Below are positions 19,412 to 26,140 of a stretch of 28,225 nt of DNA, in pieces. The notes under the pieces are model-generated. The model worked only from the letters and a program-made list of their open reading frames with translations. It ran no database searches and had not been told where the DNA came from. Source of the stretch: an uncultured Erysipelotrichales bacterium (GTDB lineage Bacteria > Bacillota_I > Bacilli_A > Erysipelotrichales > Coprobacillaceae); assembly GCA_964638235.1 (NCBI GenBank), contig CAZWZD010000001.1:1-28225 (forward strand), given 5' to 3'. The number at the start of each line of letters is the position of its first letter. Within the stretch, counting starts at the first letter, position 1. The position numbers were made by a program, and so were the translations under genes.

Positions 19412-19975
19412 TTAAGCTTTGCGATAAACAAAATCGAACGCTTTACTGATTCGTTCAACAATATCAAATCCACCATTTGAAATTGACCAGTCTACTGAAA
19501 TTCCAAACACGACATCTGAATATAAACGAACAAGTTCTTCTCCATTTAATTCAGAGCTAATTATACCTTGATCTATCAAATTCTGCACAATTGCCACATC
19601 TGAACTTCTAAAATCTTCGACATCAACTTCTTTAAAAGATTCTGGGCTTTTACGATACATCATAATAACCTGTGTGCCTGAAAAAGATAGTTCATATCCT
19701 AATGTTTCCACATATTTTGCCCATTGAAGTTCTTTTGTTTTGAACTGATCATATGTTACAACCTCAGGTTGTAACAGGTAGCCTTTTTCAATCTCTCTAT
19801 AATTTTTTATAATCCACTGAAGAAGCAGATCTTCTTTACTCTTGAAATGATGGTAAAAGGAACCTTTTGTAACATTGAATTCTTGACAAATCATCTGAAC
19901 GGTAACATTTTCAATTCCTTTTTCTTTGAACAATTCAATTGATCTAGCCATCATATCGTCTGATTTAACTATCAC
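19412..19975 (-). CDS. TetR/AcrR-family regulator (187 aa)
   Basis: SIELFKEKGIENVTVQMICQEFNVTKGSFYHHFKSKEDLL HTH. Extended -10 TGcTATAAT at 19997-20005. Confidence 0.92.
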   Translation of the reverse strand: MIVKSDDMMARSIELFKEKGIENVTVQMICQEFNVTKGSFYHHFKSKEDLLLQWIIKNYREIEKGYLLQPEVVTYDQFKTKELQWAKYVETLGYELSFSGTQVIMMYRKSPESFKEVDVEDFRSSDVAIVQNLIDQGIISSELNGEELVRLYSDVVFGISVDWSISNGGFDIVERISKAFDFVYRKA

Positions 19976-20018
19976 ATTTCATCACGCTCCTTCTCTATTA
20001 TAGCATCTTTCGCCACTC

Positions 20019-20051
20019 AAAACAAAAGCAGAAGCCACTTTTGACTTCTGC
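20019..20051 (-). terminator. Intrinsic terminator after the SDR gene
   Basis: Minus strand GCAGAAGTCA-AAAG-TGGCTTCTGC followed by TTTTGTTTT. Confidence 0.75.
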
Positions 20052-20067
20052 CATCAGTTATTATGTT

Positions 20068-20871
20068 CTATTTGTCGATATCTGGATTTTTCCATTGAAC
20101 TGGTCGCATATGTCCAGAGTTCATTGCTCCATCAATTGTAATTGTTGTACCTGTAAGATATGGTGCAAGATCACTAGCTAAGAATAATGCTGTATTTGCA
20201 ATTTCTTGAGGTTCAGCTAATCTTCCCATAGGAACTGTTTGACAGAATCCATCAATATATGATTGAGGGGCCATTGCCCAAATTTCTGTTTTTGTTGTAC
20301 CTGGACAGATAGCATTTACTCTAATGTTATGTTTTGCATAATCTAGAGCAGCTGTTTTTGTCATGTTTACTACTGCTGCTTTTGCCATTGTGTATAAAGC
20401 CATTCCTTGTGTTCCTTGGAATGCACCATTAGAAGCTGTATTAATGATGAATCCACCTTTTTTACCTTTTAAGATAGCTTCTGCACCATATTTCATACCC
20501 ATGAAGACACCTTTTTGGTCAATACCAATTACTTTTTCATAATCTGCTACTGTAATTTCATGAACTGGTGCTTCTGGAATTCCCATTCCAGCATTATTAA
20601 CAATACCATCTAGTTTTCCATATGTTTCTACAGTAAAATCAACCATATGCTTTACATCTTCTTCTTTAGAAACATCAACCTTAACAAAGGCAGCTTCATT
20701 TCCAGCCGCTTTAATTTCATCAACAACTTGTTTTCCTTTTTCTTCATTGAAGTCAGCAATCACTACTTTCATTTGATTTTCCGCAAAAGTCTTGGCCATA
20801 GCCTTTCCCATACCGCTACCGGCACCTGTAATTAAAACTACCTTTCCGATACAACTACTAAAATCTGTCAT
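20068..20871 (-). CDS. Classical short-chain dehydrogenase/reductase (267 aa)
   Basis: TGAGSGMG, NNAG, catalytic YTMAK and RVNAICPG motifs. Asp at the end of beta-2 (IADFN) suggests NAD(H) preference. Confidence 0.93.
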   Translation of the reverse strand: MTDFSSCIGKVVLITGAGSGMGKAMAKTFAENQMKVVIADFNEEKGKQVVDEIKAAGNEAAFVKVDVSKEEDVKHMVDFTVETYGKLDGIVNNAGMGIPEAPVHEITVADYEKVIGIDQKGVFMGMKYGAEAILKGKKGGFIINTASNGAFQGTQGMALYTMAKAAVVNMTKTAALDYAKHNIRVNAICPGTTKTEIWAMAPQSYIDGFCQTVPMGRLAEPQEIANTALFLASDLAPYLTGTTITIDGAMNSGHMRPVQWKNPDIDK

Positions 20872-20889
20872 GTTAAATTCTCCTTCCGC

Positions 20890-20911
20890 AAAACATACTC
20901 GGGTATGTTTT
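20890..20911. promoter_or_regulatory. Candidate TetR operator O1
   Basis: AAAACATAC-TCGG-GTATGTTTT, just downstream of the -10. Confidence 0.75.
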
Positions 20912-20918
20912 CAAGTAT

Positions 20919-20947
20919 ATTATATGAACTTACAGCTATAGAGTCAA
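20919..20947 (-). promoter_or_regulatory. Sigma-A promoter of the SDR gene
   Basis: TTGACT-N17-TATAAT. Confidence 0.8.
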
Positions 20948-20977
20948 CAAAAAACATACTCAGGTATGTTTTTTGTT
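20946..20977. promoter_or_regulatory. Candidate TetR operator O2; may also act as the relaxase terminator
   Basis: AACAAAAAACATAC-TCAG-GTATGTTTTTTGTT; same core as O1 and abuts the -35. Confidence 0.7.
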
Positions 20978-21002
20978 TGTGAAACTTATTATTTCATTAA
21001 GA

Positions 21003-22178
21003 TTAAACCAGCAATTGTTCTTCCATCCTTCGATTATATTCCTCAATAGCCTTATCAATTTCACTTTGTTGCTCATTAGCTAATTTATGGATGTATCCTT
21101 TAAGCTTGGCCTCAGTAAGAAACTTCCTCTTATAGGTTCTTTTAATTTTAGAAGGTAAATTTACCTTGTTACTATCTTTTGATGTTGATTCTACATATTC
21201 TGTCTTTTTATAATTTTGCAGGATATAGTTACCAACTTTAGCATAGAACTTTTCAAGTTCAGCTTCTTGGATAGTTGCTAGATCATTACCTTCTTCATTT
21301 ATAACTTCTTCTAATTGATCCAATTTATTTACATATTCATTAAACGCTATATTTAGTTCATCATCATTTTGAATTAGATCATCAATGATAGATTTTATCA
21401 TCGGCTGATACTGCTTCATATTGTATGAGTTATACTGAAGCCTGCCTGTCTTTGGTAAGACTTTATATAAATCTCTTAACTTAGGATTTTTCTTTAAATC
21501 CTTTTTTTCAATTGATGTCATCAGTTCCTTAAGTGACATATCTTTTTCCTGGAAAAATAATCTGTAATTTTTACCTGTTCTTTCTTTTAGTTTTGCTCTT
21601 GCACTTAATGATGAATATATATGTCTTTTTACATTCTTCATTTCTCTTGGGGTAAGTTTACCTCTAGTTCTTGTTTGATTCTTTTCCATAAATACAAGAT
21701 GAATATGTGGATGTTCGGTATTACGGTGTAAATCAAACCACCATAATGTGTTGTTGTAATCTATATGATATTCCTTCAGCATCTTTGGCAGGAATTCTTT
21801 TACTGCAGATAACCATTGCTCTGTATTTTCTAAACCTAACTGATAAGCTTCATTATCGTCTTCTAAGGAAATGACATAATCCCAGCATAGATTCCCATCT
21901 TTATGAAAGCATTGATCTATTTCTTTTTTAAAGGCATCACGTTCTTCTTTGGTATTTAATTCACCACTTGAACTATAGGTTCCAACACTATGACTGCCTG
22001 TATATCCAAAATATCCATCTTCCTGTTTATCAATTTCTTTATCTACATCTTTAGCTTCTTCTCGACCTGTATAATCAAAATAGCCACCAACTGTTTCATT
22101 CGAGATTGTATCTTTAAATCTTGAATTCTTTGGTGGCTTTTGTCCATATTCAAAAAATCTTATTTTTGTAATCTTCAT
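21003..22178 (-). CDS. mobL: MOBL-family relaxase (391 aa)
   Basis: YFDYTGREEA (catalytic Tyr region), WDYVISL, and WWFDLHRNTEHPHIHLVFME (His triad), the pattern of MobL relaxases. Confidence 0.85.
   Translation of the reverse strand: MKITKIRFFEYGQKPPKNSRFKDTISNETVGGYFDYTGREEAKDVDKEIDKQEDGYFGYTGSHSVGTYSSSGELNTKEERDAFKKEIDQCFHKDGNLCWDYVISLEDDNEAYQLGLENTEQWLSAVKEFLPKMLKEYHIDYNNTLWWFDLHRNTEHPHIHLVFMEKNQTRTRGKLTPREMKNVKRHIYSSLSARAKLKERTGKNYRLFFQEKDMSLKELMTSIEKKDLKKNPKLRDLYKVLPKTGRLQYNSYNMKQYQPMIKSIIDDLIQNDDELNIAFNEYVNKLDQLEEVINEEGNDLATIQEAELEKFYAKVGNYILQNYKKTEYVESTSKDSNKVNLPSKIKRTYKRKFLTEAKLKGYIHKLANEQQSEIDKAIEEYNRRMEEQLLV
21149..21170. repeat. Palindrome copy 3 (20/22), inside the relaxase CDS
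   Basis: TAGAAGGTAAATTTACCTTGTT; encodes NKVNLPS on the minus strand. Confidence 0.85.
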
Positions 22179-22185
22179 GATTATC

Positions 22186-22207
22186 TACAAGGTAAATTTA
22201 CCTTGTA
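22186..22207. repeat. 22-bp perfect palindrome, copy 4
   Basis: Exact copy between an AGGAGG SD and the relaxase ATG, 7 bp from the ATG. Confidence 0.97.
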
Positions 22208-22219
22208 ACCTCCTCTACA

Positions 22220-22249
22220 TAAAAAAAGGTACAGACTGAACTGTACCTT
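22220..22249 (-). terminator. Intrinsic terminator after the flavoenzyme gene
   Basis: AAGGTACAG-N6-CTGTACCTT followed by a T-run on the minus strand. Confidence 0.8.
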
Positions 22250-22254
22250 CATTA

Positions 22255-24186
22255 TTATTTAATGCTAATACCAGCATCAAATCCCTCTTCAATTGCGTCT
22301 AGTGCATTACTTGTTTTAACTGCACCACCAACAACCATTACATTATCAAATTCTTCTTTTAACGCTTCAACTAATGAATTTTCTGGTGTATATCCCATAC
22401 CTAATACAACCATTTGACATGGAATTTTGAAAGTTTCACCTTTCTTATCTACAACAACGCCATCATCTTCAATAGCAACAACTTTAGTTCCTAAATGTCT
22501 TGCAACATTGTACTTATCTAAGTTTTTATTAATAGCGATAGCAGCTACACCATTAATATCAGTTAACATTTGATCTTTCATTTCTACTAGTGTAACCATT
22601 CTTTCTTGAATAGCTAAATGAGAAGCTGTTTCAGCACCAACTTCACCACCACCGCAAACAACAATGACATCAGCTGGTTGAACTTTGCCTAATAATACTT
22701 CTTCAGCGCTATATACATGTGGTAAGTTAATTCCTGGAATATTAGGACGAATTGGTTTACCACCTGTTGCACAAATGATAACATCTGGATTTTCTTTCTT
22801 TAGTAAATCCATAGTAACTTCTGTATTTAAATGAACTTCTACTGTACTTTCTTTGATTTCCTTTAAAATCCAGTTAGTGTACATAGCTAATGAACCCTTG
22901 TTTGGTGGGAATGCAGCAGAAACAAATTGTCCACCTAAGAAATCTTGTTTTTCATATAGTTTAACATGATGTCCTTTAATTGCAGCAGCTCTAGCAGCTT
23001 CAAGTCCACCTACACCACCACCGATAACTACAACATTCTTTGGTGATTCTACTTTAGAATAATCTAATTTATATTCTTTACCTAATGTTGGGTTAACTAA
23101 ACATTTAGCACCTGTAGGACCTTGTCCATTATCAACACATCCTTGAATACATCCAATACAGTAACGGATATTTTCATATTCACCCTTTTTAGCCTTAGCT
23201 GGGAAGTAAGGATCAGCTAATGATGCTCTACCCATAGCAACAAAATCAGCTTTATTTAATTCTAAGATTGTATCTGCCATTTCAGGATCATTAATTCTAT
23301 TAACAGCGATAACTGGAATATTTACCATACGTTTTACTTCAGCAGCATAATCAACAGCCCAAGCTAAATCAGTGTACATATGAGAGACAATGCTTTGATA
23401 GTTTGTACTATATGTACCAGTTGATGAATGAATACCATCAAATCCCCATTCTTCAAACCATCTTGCTAGAATTCTACTTTCCGCAATTGTTCTTCCACCT
23501 TCCTTCATCTCTACTGCAGAGAAACGAATGATTACAGGGAAATCTTTACCAACTTTACTACGAATATTATCAATGATTTCATGTACGATTCTAGCTCTGT
23601 TAGCTAAACATCCTCCATATTCATCAACACGTTTGTTTGAATATGGTGATAAGAATTGTGCTAATAAGTAACCATGGCCAGCATGTACTTCAATACCATC
23701 AAATCCTGCTTTTTTAGCTCTTAATGCAGTATCACCAAAATCTTCAACGATTTTATGAATTTCTTCAACTGTTAATGGTCTAGGTAATTGTCTATTCCAT
23801 GGACATGGAATAGGACTAGCAGAGATAACTTCTCCTCCCCCATTAACCATTGGATTTGTTTGTCTACCAGCATGATAAATCTGACAGAAAATTTTTGTTG
23901 GATATTTGTGAATACGATCAGTGAATTCTTTATTTAATGCAATCTGATCATCATTGTATAATCCAGCGATACGGTCTAAACCACCAGCATGTTCACTAAT
24001 AGTGTAGTTTTCTGTAATAATTAAACCCCATCCACCTTTAGCTTTTTCTTCATGATAAGCCATGTATTTTTCTGTAAGAGTTCCATCATAATTGTTGTAA
24101 TCCATAGCCATGGCTGGAACTACCATACGGTTTGGAATTTCTACATTACCGATTTTCATTGGTGTAAATAATTTTTTTAGTGTCAT
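22255..24186 (-). CDS. NADH:flavin oxidoreductase (OYE TIM barrel, 4Fe-4S, FAD/NAD domain; BaiCD/BaiH/FadH-like family) (643 aa)
   Basis: HAGHGYLLAQFLSP, Fe-S motif CIGCIQGC-x11-C, and GGGVGG and GGGEVG Rossmann motifs. Confidence 0.93.
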   Translation of the reverse strand: MTLKKLFTPMKIGNVEIPNRMVVPAMAMDYNNYDGTLTEKYMAYHEEKAKGGWGLIITENYTISEHAGGLDRIAGLYNDDQIALNKEFTDRIHKYPTKIFCQIYHAGRQTNPMVNGGGEVISASPIPCPWNRQLPRPLTVEEIHKIVEDFGDTALRAKKAGFDGIEVHAGHGYLLAQFLSPYSNKRVDEYGGCLANRARIVHEIIDNIRSKVGKDFPVIIRFSAVEMKEGGRTIAESRILARWFEEWGFDGIHSSTGTYSTNYQSIVSHMYTDLAWAVDYAAEVKRMVNIPVIAVNRINDPEMADTILELNKADFVAMGRASLADPYFPAKAKKGEYENIRYCIGCIQGCVDNGQGPTGAKCLVNPTLGKEYKLDYSKVESPKNVVVIGGGVGGLEAARAAAIKGHHVKLYEKQDFLGGQFVSAAFPPNKGSLAMYTNWILKEIKESTVEVHLNTEVTMDLLKKENPDVIICATGGKPIRPNIPGINLPHVYSAEEVLLGKVQPADVIVVCGGGEVGAETASHLAIQERMVTLVEMKDQMLTDINGVAAIAINKNLDKYNVARHLGTKVVAIEDDGVVVDKKGETFKIPCQMVVLGMGYTPENSLVEALKEEFDNVMVVGGAVKTSNALDAIEEGFDAGISIK

Positions 24187-24219
24187 AATTACATTCTCCT
24201 TTTCTGTTTTACACTAAAA

Positions 24220-24250
24220 ATTATAAGTATTGTAGTAACCACTAGGTCAA
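24220..24250 (-). promoter_or_regulatory. MerR-type promoter with a 19-bp spacer, driving the flavoenzyme gene
   Basis: TTGACC-N19-TATAAT with a TAGT-GGTT-ACTA dyad in the spacer; divergent from the MerR gene. Confidence 0.8.
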
Positions 24251-24286
24251 ACTATTTTTTTCACAAATGTGTTATAATAGATAACG

Positions 24287-25102
24287 GTGATAGATATGAA
24301 ATATACAGTAAAAGATGTTTGCAAGATTTATAAAATTAATAGAGAAACTTTACGTTACTATGAAAAAGAAGGATTAATAAAACCAATCAAGGATGAATAT
24401 AACAATTATCGTTACTATGATGAATGGGAAATCAACTTCATTGGTGAATGTCGTAAATATCGTTCTATGGGATTTAGTATTCAAGAAATTAAAGAAGTTC
24501 TTTCAACTGATAATCTTGAACAATTCATCCAAAAAGTTGAATCGAAACAAAAAGATATTGATGACCAGCTACATTTTTACCAGATGTGGAGTAAAAGAAA
24601 CAGTGAATATGTCACTGATTTAAAAAATATCATTCCACGTTTAGGAAAGATTGAAATTGTAGACTCTGAACCACGTTACATCATGCCATATCGTAAACAG
24701 TATAATCAGCTGATGGACAAAAAAACATTAAGCGCCATGACCGATTTAATGGACAATCATACGTTTGTAGATAGTATGTTATTTATTCCTTATGATGACT
24801 ACATCAATAAAACAGAAAATTTTTACTGGGGATTCTCTATTCGTGACCGCTGGGTAGATGCTCTAAACTTTCCTGCAGAGCAATATATTCATGAAAATAA
24901 GCAAAAATGCATCTGTACAACAATTGATGCTGGTGATAAAGGTGGTGTCAACTACAACCTTTTTAAAGATGTTATGACCTATATGGAATATCATCGTTTC
25001 AAACTTTGTGGTGACATTTTTGGTATTCTATTAACTCGTGTTCATGAAAATGGCAAATACTGTCGATATTTAGAAATGTATTTTCCAATAACTGACGCAT
25101 AA
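24287..25102 (+). CDS. MerR-family regulator with a C-terminal effector (GyrI-like) domain (about 270 aa)
   Basis: YTVKDVCKIYKINRETLRYYEKEGLIKP..NNYRYY HTH. Extended -10 TGtTATAAT at 24270-24278. ATG at 24296 is a likely start. Confidence 0.92.
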   Translation: MIDMKYTVKDVCKIYKINRETLRYYEKEGLIKPIKDEYNNYRYYDEWEINFIGECRKYRSMGFSIQEIKEVLSTDNLEQFIQKVESKQKDIDDQLHFYQMWSKRNSEYVTDLKNIIPRLGKIEIVDSEPRYIMPYRKQYNQLMDKKTLSAMTDLMDNHTFVDSMLFIPYDDYINKTENFYWGFSIRDRWVDALNFPAEQYIHENKQKCICTTIDAGDKGGVNYNLFKDVMTYMEYHRFKLCGDIFGILLTRVHENGKYCRYLEMYFPITDA

Positions 25103-25125
25103 TTACATAGACACTAACGATGAGT

Positions 25126-25147
25126 TACAGGGTAATTTTACCTTGTA
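25126..25147. repeat. Palindrome copy 5 (20/22), overlapping the stop of the 94-aa ORF
   Basis: TACAGGGTAATTTTACCTTGTA, with palindromic flanks AGT/ACT (25123-25150). Confidence 0.9.
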
Positions 25148-25422
25148 ACTTTTTCTATATATTCTTTTAATGCATTTAACATTTCAGCATTACCAACCAT
25201 AAACTGATTCAAAATTGCTTCATCATGTTCTCTAAACAGTTCGTTTAAGATATTGGAATTGAATTTGATTCTGGTTTCATAAAGATCCATCATCTCATCA
25301 AAGATATCTGCAAATGTATAATCAAGTCCACATACTTCTTTAAGATAAAGCTGAATATTCTGCAGCTTTCTGTCAAAATCAGCACTTACTCGATAATTTC
25401 TTTTAACTTTCATAATCTTCAT
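25138..25422 (-). CDS. Ribbon-helix-helix-like protein (94 aa), candidate relaxosome accessory factor or regulator
   Basis: Alternating beta-strand KRNYRVS followed by two amphipathic helices (ADFDRKLQNIQLYL, TFADIFDEMMDLY). Confidence 0.55.
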   Translation of the reverse strand: MKIMKVKRNYRVSADFDRKLQNIQLYLKEVCGLDYTFADIFDEMMDLYETRIKFNSNILNELFREHDEAILNQFMVGNAEMLNALKEYIEKVTR

Positions 25423-25451
25423 AGTTACAAGGTAAATTTACCTTGTAACTA
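25422..25451. repeat. Palindrome copy 6 (core 25426-25447), extended to a 30-bp perfect palindrome
   Basis: TAGTTACAAGGTAAATTTACCTTGTAACTA spans from the stop codon of one RHH-like ORF to the first base of the next start codon. Confidence 0.97.
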
Positions 25452-25769
25452 CTCATCCTTTCCTAGTTTCATTTTTATATATTTATCACACATTGCTTCT
25501 TCATTCAGTGACTTCATTAATATTGCCATATTGGTTGGAATTGACTTGTTATGCTTAACAAGCAAACCCAAGTATTCATGGTTATACTGACTTAATTCTA
25601 AAATCACATTTAACGTATCAACATTAATAGAATCCATTGCGTTATATGATTTAATCATCTGTTCAAGAAGCTCTCCTTTCGATAAATTTGGTTTACCTTT
25701 AGACACTGCATTAAACATATCTTTTACATGTCCTTGACATCTGATTGTTATATTTGTTTCATTAGCCAT
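25449..25769 (-). CDS. Ribbon-helix-helix-like protein (likely 106 aa; the ORF track starts it at 25835)
   Basis: AAAGGA SD before the ATG at 25769; beta-strand TNITIRC followed by helices HVKDMFNAVSK and SKGELLEQMIKSY. Confidence 0.55.
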   Translation of the reverse strand: MANETNITIRCQGHVKDMFNAVSKGKPNLSKGELLEQMIKSYNAMDSINVDTLNVILELSQYNHEYLGLLVKHNKSIPTNMAILMKSLNEEAMCDKYIKMKLGKDE

Positions 25770-25789
25770 ATGTATACTTTTCCTTTCTT

Positions 25790-25933
25790 TAGCAGGATAA
25801 GGGATAATGTACGAATGTTTTGCAACATTTCGCATACATTACCGTCCTGTACAACTCAACAACGTTGAGTTTATCGATGTTTTTTGAGTTTTCAGTACGT
25901 ATACAAAACTTATTACACCTTGTACGAATGTAA
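25790..25933. other. Candidate oriT region
   Basis: Non-coding gap upstream of the RHH-RHH-MobL module. Inverted repeats at 25814-25829 and 25853-25871; 11-bp direct repeat TGTACGAATGT at 25808 and 25921. Confidence 0.5.
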
Positions 25934-26140
25934 TTAATCCCATGTATACGTTGCATTTTGATTAGGAACTTCATCCTTAAAAAAAGACGTTCTAATTGGA
26001 ACGCCTGATTTAGTTATCTTTTCCCATACATTATGATGTGTATAGGATGCTACCATTGTCCATCCATAGGACTTGGTACCTACTTTGACTGGATATTTAA
26101 CCTTATTATATTTGATTCTTGTACCTGCGATAACGATCAC
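25934..26140 (-). CDS. Small basic hypothetical protein (68 aa)
   Basis: GTG start directly after the ardC stop; no convincing SD. Confidence 0.4.
   Translation of the reverse strand: MIVIAGTRIKYNKVKYPVKVGTKSYGWTMVASYTHHNVWEKITKSGVPIRTSFFKDEVPNQNATYTWD

Noticed and set aside
1777-20835. Short plus-strand ORFs of 60-104 aa antisense to long genes
   Set aside because: They lie within confidently assigned minus-strand genes, and I recognised no protein motifs in them; they are most likely shadow ORFs. The two similar ones at 5764 and 7624 only reflect the mod repeat.
22255-24186. Naming the flavoenzyme baiCD, baiH or bilR
   Set aside because: The family motifs are shared by many paralogues, there is no bai operon context, and no diagnostic residue could be verified without alignment.
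24393-24623. 76-aa plus-strand ORF
   Set aside because: Alternative frame inside the MerR gene.
15394-25451. The palindrome repeats as a CRISPR array
   Set aside because: Copies are 0.3-4 kb apart with whole genes between them; there are no regular spacers and no cas genes.
15394-25451. The palindrome as parS, dif, or an integron attC site
   Set aside because: It does not match the Firmicute parS or dif consensus and lacks attC R/L boxes with extrahelical bases; no integrase is in the window.
25789-25974. 61-aa minus-strand ORF
   Set aside because: It overlaps two better-supported ORFs and the repeat-rich candidate oriT; no convincing SD.
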